Assembly (NCBI GenBank): GCA_000934665.2
Contig: JYFJ02004379.1
Coordinates: 1 to 32,797, forward strand
Source of the DNA: Catajapyx aquilonaris
Lineage: Eukaryota
Direction: 5' to 3'
Length of the DNA: 32,797 nucleotides
Position 1 is the stretch's first letter. Each line of letters opens with the position of its first letter. This document shows positions 9,386 to 21,675 of this stretch, piece after piece. The notes under the pieces were generated by a model. It did not search any database and was not told the DNA's origin. It saw only the letters and a list, made by a program, of their open reading frames with translations. The position numbers and the translations under genes were made by a program.

Positions 9386-12310
9386 TCAGCCTGTAAATAG
9401 CAGGAGGCCAGTACATACGGTATAACACCCACTCTTTTACGTCAATCGACACTAATATGCATCACAAAAGAAACCGCCATAATATTTCATCAGAAGAGAA
9501 ACCATGCGTTTCAATGCCGATTTAATAGTTAATAAATTCAGTTTTCTCATCCTTGCTATTCAGGGCAATCCTTTCGCCTCATTCGTTTAGAGGTCGGTCT
9601 AACTCTCAGGATAAATTTTATTTTATTATCGCTGCCGGGAAAAGAATCCGAGGTAAATAAATTGCAGTTAAATAGCATCATGAAGGCAGAAAATTATTTG
9701 CCTTAAGTAGTTAAGTACCAGTGGCATTAATAAACAATATATTGTACATCCCCGAAGCTGAACCACCGCCCTCACAGCCTACAAATAAACAAACGCCTAA
9801 GTGACACTTACGCTAGGGTAACCACCCTTTGAGAACGAAAAGTTTGGCTTCACCCTTGAGAAGGAATCTACAAGAATGTCTACTTGAACTATCTTAACTA
9901 ATCGAGTCTGAGACTTCAACAATCGAAGAAGAAATGTTTCACGTGTCGTTCAAACTTCAGTCGAGATTACATTCGTCCTAAGCCTTGAGCGAATCAGTTT
10001 AGAATGGCCGGCTTGGACAATAATAATTATCATTTCCATCACGTGAAGGAACGAGACTGAAAAGGAAAGTCTCGATCAGGATACTTAGCATGGCTTCATC
10101 AGGAGGCGCGCTACGCATGGGAGCGACCATAACGTGGAAGGAAGTGGAGAGAACAAGGTCAAGGAAAGTGACCTACTTGAGCATTAATTTTCCCTCTCTT
10201 TCAACCTGCCAATCAGAGTGAGAATACTTTTGGGCTCCTCATGCCCGCTGGGCAGGTAAAAGTGTATGATACGCATCTGGACAGGTAGCGACTGCGTGCA
10301 GAGGTCATGTTACTTCTTTCTTATGCCCTCTTTTTTTCTCTCTTTCTCTCACTAGCGTAGTAACATTAAGATGCAGCAGTCTGCTCGACTGTCGTAACGG
10401 ATTGTGAATACCAGTTACAAGATAATGCAAATTAGCAAAAAAATACGCGTTTTCGGAAACAGCTTCTACAGCCCTTGCTATATAGCCATAGGCACACATA
10501 GTGAACCTGTATAGTACGTCGATATCATTTGAAAATTACTATCGGCTGCGATTTTGTCCAAGTCACTGGACCAATTTGAGGAAACTTACAAATAATATAT
10601 TAGATAAGTTATTAATAGATGCAATACTGAATACACCAATCATCTAATTCTCAAGATGAAATCGGAGCCAATGAAAAATGTGTGCTATCATTTTGATTTC
10701 GGCAAAAATTGTCGTATAACTGAATCAAGGCCAATCTGAATTGCTAGAATGAGGGGTAAGAAACTGTCGTTGCGGAACCAGTTTTAGGGCCGGTTTAATA
10801 TGACACTATCTCGGAGACACACGCAAACAAATATATGAGCTGCAGTGTGCGCAAAATTTTACAGAAATCACGACTGGGTTATTGGACATGGACTGCTGGA
10901 CTTTACATTGACAAGGAATGAAGATTTGGAGATACGTCTGATTACTTTTTTCTATGAAATTATTCCCCACTTTATTCTAAATATACAAAGGTGTTCTTAG
11001 TTTGACCCATGTGTTTCGCGAAATATGGTATAAGAATGATATTATCATTGAGCAAATAAAAAAATATACGCTCTGGTTTTAAAATTTTCGCCACACCCCA
11101 AGTTACTGAAAAGTCATCGGTACAGTTCAGCCTCACCTGACTCGAAATCACACTTTAATAAGAAAGCACTAGAATCTAACAAAAATAATATTGGAAAAGG
11201 TGCAATAAAACACGCCATGTCTGACATCAACCGATTCACAGTGGAGTTTCAGTTCCTGGACTTTGAAAAACTGTAAGACCTTAATGCGTTTATTACGACT
11301 AGGCCGAGGGGCAGGCTCTGTTTCCGTGTTCTTGACGATTCGCACATCTGTCGAGAGGCGGTCTTTATCTCTCACTTATAAGGTCACAATGCAAGTTCAA
11401 CTTCTTTGCAACCCAAAAACTTTTGAACCATTTCAGGTGGAACTTTTGGCCCAATTTTTTCTATAAACCTAGTTCAGGCTTATAAGAAGCTCTCCTTTAT
11501 GGCAGGATGATTTTATAGTATTACAGAGTATAACAGTCGTCATTGAGGAAATGCCATTATCAGGAAGAAGAAAGTACTAGTCACAAAATGTGAAACCACA
11601 AAGTGATGGGAAGGTGATGGATGCGGAATGCTGCTGGTGTGACGAAGGAGAGCGTGTTTTACACATATGTAAAAGATGTGAGGAGAACGGGATATTTGTG
11701 TAAATACCTACACGCTATGGTTTAAAAAAAGAACACGTAAAGATAAGGTATTAAGACAAGGAGCATAAGGGAAAGGATGAAATCGGGCGTTCGGAAGAAA
11801 AGAAAGGTGCGTTGAAATATGGTAAGGGTGCATAATATTGTGTGTAAGTACAGTATGTAGACTATAAGTGCCGCGGAAGACACGTATGCCACATTGTATA
11901 CGACTGTCGCTTACGATGTGTAAATGTAGACGAGGTGGCCAAGTATATATAGGGACAGATACAATCGATCACTAAACAAATGCTTGGAAAAAGTTTAAAT
12001 AGCACTGTAAGATTGTTTTTTTTTGATATTTTGAATAATATTAAACGACAATATAGTGGCACAAAGTGTAGTTCAGTGGTCAAATACGCTTGAATAAAGC
12101 TTTCCTACATAGTTTACTGATAAGCATAAAGTCATTCTCAGCTGGAAACAAGGAATATAGTGTATGATAATAAATAACATACTGGTAGTTTAATATTCCC
12201 CCTTGCCCGTTTACTTTGCCTCTATAATTTAATAATCCAGTTTTTGTATGGTTTGCAACAATTATGGTGAGTCAGTTAATATGATTTTTTAAATTATATA
12301 TAGATATATA

Positions 12311-12704
12311 CCCCGTGCTAGAGCCCTAGGCTCTCTTAGGGGAGTGGATTACCACTATCGTGCAGGGGACAGGGTAGGGATAGGGAGGGGGGGGGGGACA
12401 CTGGTGCATGTGCAATGTCAGCAAAGTAGGGGTCATGTGCAGTCCCTCGGGGGGCCCGTTCGCCATAGATGAACCCCTAGATGCGGGTCAGAAACCCCCA
12501 CTGAACACCGCACCTCCTCCAGGGCAGGGAAAGGAAGGAAGCGGCTGTGGCCTATTTTACGGTACGATCCCGGAAATTTTTCCTGGGGCGACCTTGGGAA
12601 ACCACAGAAAACCAAGGTCAAGATCGCCGGCCTCCGGGATTCGAACCCAGGACCTCCCGATTAGCAGTCGACCACCATATCCACTCCACCACTACTGCTT
12701 CGGT
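12311..12704 (-). mobile_element. tRNA-derived SINE (long variant)
   Basis: Minus-strand head ACCGAAGCAGTAGTGGTGGAGTGG (A box)...CTGCTAA...GGTTCGAATCCC (B box). The body GGTTTTCTGTGGTTTCCC...CCGGGATCGTACC...TAGGCCACAGCCGCTTCCTTCC resembles the recalled Talua/Lm1-type insect SINE core. AT-rich tail, with a second copy at 25634-25913. Confidence 0.88.
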
Positions 12705-15700
12705 CAATTAATAATATGATATAATTATGTGGTAAGAGGAGGAGCCTTGGATATTGGGGAATATTGTTGCTACCACCCTGTGATGATTAATTTGCCGAAG
12801 GGTGGTACGTAGATAGGAAATCGTAAAACATTTCTCCAGGGGTTTCAGACAAAGTCATATAGGTGAAATTCTAATAAACGAGCTTCACTTCCGTAGCGAG
12901 ACTATACAACTATACTGTCTTGTATAATTGTAATCTCATCTCTTCCCCGCATGTCCCCCCGGCATATTGTGTTTAGACCTACTGTAGTACACCGAACCTT
13001 CTCTCACCACCTTATATTATGACTTTCTTCTATCCCACAGACAAACCTTAAGCGTGAATTGCTGTGTGTTGATCTTTATTTATCGTATATAAATCAATTT
13101 ATTGGTACCCTGCATTATGCAATTACACGTTATACATCGATATCATTTCGGTTTTTAAAAATCTGGAATGATGTTAATGAGCACCGAGTAGACTATTATC
13201 ATAACTGCACTTCGATAAACACACGCGGTTGCAAGTGATGTATGAGTAGACCTGAATATTGACGAACAAAATAATGATCAGACAATAAATACGGTAGAAT
13301 ATGCTTAAATGTACATCCCATTTGCTAGGAAATGTCATGCAATTATCCGGAAGAAAATCCCGGAGTACAGGTTTAGGATTTGTCAATGTTACGCGATAAT
13401 GATGCGATAATAAGTAACACGTGAAGTGAATTCTACTATAATTTCATAGAGTGTAAAAGTCCCACCTGCCGCCAGGAATATTTATACTGTAACTTATGGT
13501 GATCTAATTCGGATAGGACCATAAATCAAGTTGGGTATTGTAGCGAATGTAGACCCATTTCTAATTTGCAACCTGGCCAAAATGTGCCTCGAGGTTTAAG
13601 GCACTCGAGATGCCACTGTTCGAAGATGAAAACAATGATGGACATTGACACCTTCTCCATTGTAGAGAGGCGTAGAGATATATATGGCTAGACAAGGAAG
13701 AGTTCGCATTTTTTGTAAGTTACAGAGCGAGGAATGTGGTATCTCGGTCCCATCTTTGCCCCCGCTTTGTCCATATACGCCTAATGATCATCCATCTCGT
13801 GCGAAGAATACCTTATGAGACGCGTTAATTCTTTTCCTCCTCTGGAACGCTATGCAGAACATGGGGTCACATTTTATCTCGTTCCCAGACAAGAGGTTAA
13901 GGCACCCAGCATTAATAATAAAACCATATTTGCGCATTGCTAAATTTAATTCGTAATTATATTGTATCGTACCTAGGCCATACTAGTTCGGAAGTTATGA
14001 AAGAATGACGATACTTTTAACCCACCTTGTACTTGTCCTAGAACATCTGAGACCAAAACGTTTTTGATCAGCAAGACTGCTTGAGCGAGAAAGTTTAGCT
14101 ACTGGTATACGCATCGTTTAATCCTAGGCATACCACCACTTTACCAAATCATGCGGATGATTGCGGAAATGTGGGTTGAAGGCCTTCCAGGATAACTAAG
14201 TTGCCTAAGTTGCAATCCCATGCTTTGAACAACATGGCTATCATGGTTTGTTGTAGGTGACATAACCAAAAAGGCCCATCATTCACATGGCTGCACAACA
14301 AAATTTAGGTATGCAATTATCTCCATAATTGATCCAATCGTGGCTTTATACTCCATATTTTACAGGAATCTGAATCCGACAGGAAATGCTTTTCCACTAC
14401 CCTGCATATAGCGGCATATCTGTTACATCTCCCTGGGTTGTTTTTTTCCAGGTGATCAGTAAACACCCTCCTCCTATCCCGGAATGTTCCCAGAGGCAGA
14501 AGAGATGGACTTGTTTGGAAAGTGAGGACTGGTCTAGAATGAACTTCCCAACAAGAGAGTCCCACTTTTCTGGGATGTTGACATGCTGACCTACAAATTC
14601 ATTCCCCACCCCGACCGTGAAGGTTTCTCGCTGGATCCTCTTGTTGCTTAGACATGCTTCTCAGTTCCACTCTGTCTCCTCTGCAAGAGCCTCACTCCAC
14701 TAGGTGCTGGATCCTGCTCACAATATTCAAGCTTCCCATAGCAATAGTGGGCCATCCAGCAAATATTACTATAGGTCTATTTAAGAAAATAATAAACATC
14801 CAATGGAATTCGTCATTGTGATTTTAAATCGGTCCTGAAATACCGCAGACAAAGATGATGTCAGTCAAAAATCACATTTACCTCAAGCTGCATGAGTCAA
14901 AGGCTATAATATAGCATGCTGCTTATACTCGTGATGAAAATTACACAGAATCACTTTAGAAAAAGCACAGGCCACACCCTATTGAAAGTATATGCTCATT
15001 TTGTCATGTTCGTTCATGTGAATTAATGATGCAAAATAAATAATAATGATGAGCCTGGTAGGACGAATATTGAAATGCGCAAGTTAAACAATTGCCTGAA
15101 TTTTATCGCGACATGATATTTTTAGGAATATAAACTATTAATAGGCTACTCTCTCAAAGGAGGTAGAAACTCTCACAATGGAAAAATTAGGCGCCTAAAT
15201 TGGCAGCATCGGCTACCAAAAATAACATAACGTGATGGGTAGGCTTTGGCACGAAGGCTTGGAATACCGTAAGCTTATTAGTAGATTAATTACTCATCGC
15301 TATCAGCAACTTGTAACACATAGTAAAACCGCGATCGGTGATAGCTTAGGACACCCTTAGTAGGGCATCGACACTTACTGCCCGTTATAAGTGATGTTGG
15401 CTTGAACACCTGATACACAAGTCAATAATGGCGCCATTCTAGCGATATGGTTAAAATAAAAGTGTTTACACCCCGTTGAATCTTGTTTATACATAATGGA
15501 GCGATTGTTGTGAAGAGTGATTAATGCGATTTATTCCTATCATCATTTTCATAATAAAGTTAAAGCCGACTACATGGTGCCTGAGTATACAGTTTGCTTT
15601 TCTACAAATAACACGGCCATTAAAGTGTTACATTGCTAATTAAGCATTATTTATTTTGAATAAGTAAAATTAACGTGACCCATAACAAAGTAACAACTCA

Positions 15701-17307
15701 CGTTATCGATAAAAGTTTCATCAAATGCGTAAAGTACATCTTGATACTCGTGAACAGTGGGCACCCGCTTGTATACATGCACATGTAGGGCGAATAGTTC
15801 AAAATTTGGCTGATGTAACAAGGGATCAGGTGGAACTGGAATATTACTAATTACCTCAGTCAGCAAGTATGCAAATTATACCGTTACATTAACGGAAAGA
15901 GATTTTCGGAACTAGAATTACTGGACAACTAAAAGCTTTAAAATTGTAACAGATATAAATCTGATGTTCCGCTTCCATTCCACAAGTAGATATTGTGTAA
16001 CATTATACTCTTGAATGAATGACCCAAAAAAATTCTCTCCCTGATAAGTCAAGCTTGACGTCATCCTCAGCAGAGTCTATCGGAAAGCTTTGTCAGATGT
16101 CTTTTGGAGGATCCGGACCAGTAGTGAAAGTTAGCGAGAAAGTGGACATTCTAGAATGCATTCCACAACAATTTGCTCACACACATAAACGCTTTCTTTC
16201 TTTTTATTTAACTCTAAGCAAGCATTATTAGTTGCTGCATGTAGCCCTTCAGAACTGGTTGCGATGCATACCGGTTGATGTCTCTGTGACTGACTTTATT
16301 CGTACCTGAGGTGTACTGTTTAAGATTGGTTTTGGCGTATTTCTGGTCCTAGATCCTGCAACAATCTGGGATGTTCTCCAATAACCTCTATGATGGCAAT
16401 GGCTATCTACATTCATTACCGTGGCAAACGGTGGCAATTAATTCTCCATCATCTTATACAGACTCAGCCCTTGTTTTGTGTGTGGCTTTTGTTCCCTGCT
16501 TTGACCTTCCAGGTGGAATGTGGGTTAATTACACCGATGGACGCACAAAAGCCAGATAGAATGGTGTCATAATGAGCTATCATCATATTGGCGACATGCT
16601 ATTATATTTTGACCTCACTTTCATTTAGACGACCTACAAATGATAACTATAGTATTCATAATTGTTCTACAATAGGGACGAAGGAAGTTATCTGTTTTCA
16701 ATGGCACCAATTTAATTTCATCCGCCACCATTCATCTACCGAATGGAAATACTAATTGTTTTATCGTCGCGTCACCAGAATATCCGGCATAGCTTCCAAG
16801 CCCATCATCGGAGCTGTAACATTGCCATTATTTACAGAGTTGAAGATACTGGCGGATAGAACATAAATTAACTGCCAGAAATTACCCCCGTAATTACGTG
16901 AGCTATTATGCTACATTTCCGTTTTCGTGTTAAGCACTTGCGTGCTGGCCAGAATTAATAAGATTCGTATCAAAACCAACAGATATAATGCAAGTTCCTC
17001 TCCAACAGAAACACTTACACTGTTACATTTTACTAGCAATGTTTTCATTGTCACTCGTTACATTTGTAGCCAAAAATATCCTGCCCAGAAAAACTAATCC
17101 GGTGAGAAATGACCTATATTTTAGAATCTAAAATGAGCTCGTCCAAATCCGTAGTGATGCTGTGCTGACAATATTTATGTCTCATCATCCATTATTATTA
17201 TTATACTTCTCACCTACATTAAGAAAATAGACTGAAGGAAAAAAATTAACGCCTGGCTGACCGTCACGTCATTTCTCGCCTAGTTTAAGTGTACTCCAGT
17301 AGTAGGT

Positions 17308-17794
17308 AACTCCCTCACACCCGCCTATAATCTGCTGGACCGCCGCTAATTAACCTGGTTCATTTCACGTAGCAGACGTCCCTTTCCCCAATTCCGCCAC
17401 TTAATTGGCGTGGGAACTTCTTGTGCGAGTCAAACTTCTTGTGCGAGTCAAACTTCTGGTCCGCAATCCAATTTTTTTCGGGCTTAGAAAGGGAAGGGTA
17501 CGGGAGAATCGGAATTCCAACTGAGCTTCTTGCCACAGATTATACCTTGCTACTAGGTGGCACTAGAGGCGAGCTGATGGCAGCCCCCTCTATGATTTGA
17601 AGCCAAACTGGAGAGCCTACTCTCCCCGTGTCCTTCCCTTTCTATGCAAGAAAAAAAAAGGAGTCTCCGGGCCAGATTGAATGCGAGCAAAAAAGTTAAA
17701 TGATGGAATTGGGGAAAGGGTTGTCTGCCATGTGAAATGAACCATGTTAACTAAACGACAGTTCAGCGAATTAGAGATGAGTTCGAGGAAAGTT
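17308..17794. mobile_element. Old ~490-bp foldback/MITE-like inverted repeat
   Basis: Degenerate arms of ~220 bp, e.g. TTAACCTGGTTCATTTCACGTAGCAGACGTCCCTTTCCCCAATTCC versus inverted TTAACATGGTTCATTTCACATGGCAGACAACCCTTTCCCCAATTCC. Exact termini and TSD unresolved. Confidence 0.75.
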
Positions 17795-18577
17795 TTCCGG
17801 TGAAAGATGAATCATAAACAGGATATTCATTCCTTTCTGATTGAAGTACCTTGCGACAGGTGTATGAAGAAACTGAAATTAATATGCTGCAATTATTATT
17901 TCTGTAATACAGGGCGAAATACCCAAATCCGCGACGGTATTGAAATATCACAAGGAACTTCAGTCCAATAATGCGTGGATTTGGCATCACCCTGTACACA
18001 TGAAATGATACCAGCAAGTGAACTTCTGCTCGTTAGGTACAGAAGACATTACTCATACCCGGACCTCGCATGTACTACAAGTGAACTGAATTATATCCTG
18101 ACATTTCTGAAGTATCTCGGCATTCACGTGTAAATCATGGGTCACAGGGCTGTAAGGGTGATATCCGAGTGGAAAGAATGAAGTGGAAAGGAGGGTACTC
18201 GGCATGGTAGGCCTTCTGCAAAACCGTTACCTTTTCACTTTCATTCAATCTGTCTGTTGGCGCCTCTCTGTCTTGTCAGCCCAACGTGTTCAGTAGGTAT
18301 GGTAGCAAGGGAAAAGCCCAGTAGGTGCTTCATCATTCTATCATCCTGGTCCAACCAGTCTGAATGATTTCTCCAGGTTGCAATTCAGCCCCCTCCGCGG
18401 CTTTCTTTTTCTGGGAAGAAGCGTAAGTAGGTAGGTAGGATGGACGGGCAGAGAAAAGAATGTCATGCTTTGCCAACCATTTGGAACAAGTAGATTAGTG
18501 CATCTTTCTTTCCCGCACTCTCCAGCACTGGCATACACCCATGGAAGGGGCGACTTTCTTAGTGTCAACAATAACAC

Positions 18578-18667
18578 GACGATGATGATGATGACGACGA
18601 CAACAACAGCAACAACAGCAGCAGCAGCAACAACAACAACAACCATCATCATCATCATCATCATCAT
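18578..18667. repeat. Compound trinucleotide microsatellite (GAT)/(GAC)/(CAA)/(CAG)/(CAT)
   Basis: Directly visible. Confidence 0.95.
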
Positions 18668-19114
18668 ATCGGTTTTTATTATTATTATAGGGGTGCAAAG
18701 TACAGCCTACTATCCTGCTGGTCTCTAGACTAGGGGTTCGGTCCACGTTACGTCAACGATCGAATATAGCCTACCATGCACCTGCAGTAGCGAGACGCTT
18801 TAATGTTACATTTCCCTTATTGTCTCTCAAAATAAGAATAGGTCATGTTTTGTGCCAGTTCTTCTTCATCTTCCAACCCTCGCTCCTATTGCAATTTTCT
18901 AGTTTCTACCCACTGTTAGCTACCTCATTTTGCAAGGGTATTCTAGTTAGTGGTTTACCCTCGGGTTTACCAGTAAGTCAAAAGGGAAGATGGAGTGGGT
19001 AGAGGCGAGCGTTGCGTCATTGCAGGCGGAGGAGGGGTTGTTTCACAACTGTGACAGTGTGTTACATGCAGAGACGAGGTGGTCAAATATTACCAGAAAA
19101 GGAGTTGCGCAATA

Positions 19115-20028
19115 CGAGGGGGGTTCATAAAGTTCACGAATTTTTCATGAAGAAGTTTGATATTCGATATTAAAATGGGGTACCATGTAGAGGCATTCTT
19201 GTGCTGATCAGAGGATATTTCATCATCCCTATATGAATCATATAAAAGGGATAAAAATTGAGAGTAGTGCAAAGTGCAGTGAGTCTTCTGCACGGACAAC
19301 ATTGAGCATAGTTCTGTTATCAAATATCTCGCTTTGAAGAAGATGAGCGCTGCGGATATTGATAAGGACATGTCAAAGACAATGAGGGGCTGTTATCCAT
19401 CATACCCAATGGTTACGAGATGGGTCGCATGCTTCAAGTGTGGGAACGAGAGCCTGGAAGATGACCCCATCCCGGGAAGGCCAGCGACTGCTGTGGCCAA
19501 GGAAAACATCTCTCATGTGGAGACCATGGTAATGGGAGACAGGCAATTGACGGTGTGGTACTGTACATATCAGAGGTCCGGGCCATCGCATCGGTTTGGC
19601 TGCGGTGGATACCATCCTTCATCAACACCTTCGCCTCAGCAAGGTCTCCTCTCGCTGGGTACCTCTCCGCCTCACAATTCGCCACTCAAGCTGAGCTGTC
19701 AGACCAACTAGGGATTTTTTTCCCGTGACAAGGATGATTTTTTCGCACGGTTAGTGCTAAAAAAAGGGGGGGGGGGGAACTTTCAGCCTTTTCCTATTCC
19801 CCAATATCAAAATCAACTTTATGGAAGCGTGACCCATGGCTCTGGAGTGATTTCTGCTCTGGAGAAGGGGCTGGGTGGGGTTCCAAAAACAATTTTTCGG
19901 GGACCGGATAGAAGAATGCTGGGAGAAACTGACGACGAAGCTTATTAACATGAAAGGAAACTATGTTGAAAAATAAAATATCTACTTGTTTTTCTGGGAA
20001 AAGTCGCGAGCTTTATGAACGCCCTTCG
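19115..20028 (+). mobile_element. Internally deleted mariner element (irritans-like)
   Basis: TA|CGAGGGGGGTTCATAAAGTTCACGAATTTT and inverted CGAAGGGCGTTCATAAAGCTCGCGACTTTT|TA. 914 bp, with a transposase relic inside. Confidence 0.93.
19292..19976 (+). pseudogene. mariner transposase pseudogene
   Basis: Start decayed to ACG. Reads DNIEHSSVIKYL...PSYPMVTRWVACFKCGNESLEDDPIPGRP (HTH region), frameshifted HLRLSKVSSRWVPLRL (WVPxxL motif) and C-terminal KGNYVEK-TAA. Most of the DD34D core is deleted. Confidence 0.9.
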
Positions 20029-21042
20029 TATATGGTCCCTCCTCACTTGCAAATGTTCAATGCACATCGCAGGCATCTCGGTAACTAGTGGCTGCATACA
20101 AATGACATAATTATGTAAGTAAAATGATCGTCAAGAACCCTCTACCATTCCTCAAAGTTTGTGTACGTTATTTTTCCACACCCTGTAGAAACAAGGGAAG
20201 TTAGGCAATTGACACGTACGCACACATTATATGCGAGAGGGAGATAGAAATAAAAGGTTTACTACTACTACGTACTACTACTAAAATCACTGAAGTTTAG
20301 AAAAATTCAACCAATTTTCCTGGATTTATTGAACCAAAGAGCCACAAAAAATTGGAAGATTGAACGACTGTATTTACTCAAGTATGTGAGGTTTTCCAAC
20401 CCATATCGGACAGGCAGACGGTAAGGGTAACCAGAAGCCCATATAACTAGTTATAATTTTGTTCTTGGTGTAACTCAAGATTGGGGTCCCCTTACATTCT
20501 TGCTCCTGGGTTTTTTAATGTTTACAACGTTATCGTTTGTGTTAATCCAAAAAATTTGAATAGTTACTTTCGTTTCTGGTATAAAAATGACTTCTCTGGA
20601 AAGAAATCTACGCCAACAAGAAGGTGGCACATCAACATTCTATACAGACGAGAAAAATGCAACCAGGGTCGAATTCAGTACCTCTGAGGTGGAAAGGTGG
20701 TGGTCTAACCCGATGAACAACTGTCCCACCTTAGAGCCCTTGGCTCCAAGTACTAACTTTACAGTACAGGGTGATTCTCCTGAAACCGAACCCAAACATT
20801 CCTCAATAACTTTTTAATTATTGTATGGTTCTCAATTAAAATTGACATCTACTTACCTTGTATGATGCCAAACAAGGTCTGCCCAAAGCATATGCTGGAA
20901 ATGGTCCCCTCTAGCATCCAAGAATTTTTGAATGCGAGTCTGCATATTGGCGTATACAGGACTGTGCAGAGGGGAGCGGGGCAGCCGGGTACACTCGAGG
21001 GTGAGAGATCAGAACCAATGTAAGTCAATGGTATACTATCAC

Positions 21043-21087
21043 CAGGAAGCATAATTATATACTACATGTAGTATATTATGCTCCCTG
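21043..21087. mobile_element. 45-bp foldback insert with 7-bp TSD (P/Galileo-like remnant)
   Basis: CAGGAAGCATAATTATATACTACATGTAGTATATTATGCTCCCTG is self-complementary and flanked by the direct repeat CTATCAC (21036-21042, 21088-21094). Superfamily assignment is inference. Confidence 0.75.
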
Positions 21088-21606
21088 CTATCACGTTCAA
21101 AAAGATTGTCGTCACTGTTTATGTTTTGGCTATCCTGGGCGCTGCCAGGTTAGCGCGGTCCGTGGTTGTTTATTTGGCGATATTCCGGAATCCACAAGAT
21201 TATGATCGCCGGTCACGGTCGCGGTCCTTTGGCCGCACGGTCCGGGTCTCGGGAGGCGGGCGGGAGAGGGAGAGGCGTTGCTTTGTCTGGTGAAGGTGAA
21301 ACGGTGTTTATTTGGGGTGATTGGGGGGGGGGGGGTGAGNGGGGGGGGGGGGGGGGGTGAGGCAGTGGCCACGACACGGGAAACACTCCCCCGCCCCAGG
21401 GCGTCAAGGCAAATATATAAATAATGCACTTTTCACAACTTTTCAGGAGAAAAAATAATATTTTCGTTTGATCTGCTGCCATCCCGGTTCAAGTGACCCT
21501 ATCAACCACAAAATATACGTTCCTATAATGAATTTTTCTCATCTTTCTCTACACCAATTGTCTCTAATTGCAATAGGAAAGGGGGTTCTAACGTGCTTGG
21601 CCGTTG

Positions 21607-21675
21607 GTTGTTGTTGTTGTTGTTGTTGTTGTTTGTTTGTTTGTTTGTTTGTTTGTTTGTTTGTTTGTTTGTTTG
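21607..21675. repeat. (GTT)n(GTTT)n microsatellite
   Basis: Directly visible. Confidence 0.95.

Noticed and set aside
14100..14760. Cluster of short ORFs with moderately coding-like composition
   Set aside because: No recognisable domain, consistent frame or splice pattern.
18341..18746. ORFs with poly-M/V/A/I/T/C runs
   Set aside because: Translations of the compound microsatellite.
20170..20187. Solo CAGGGTG-type TIR (TTTTTCCACACCCTG|TA)
   Set aside because: No convincing partner end was found, so no element can be delimited.
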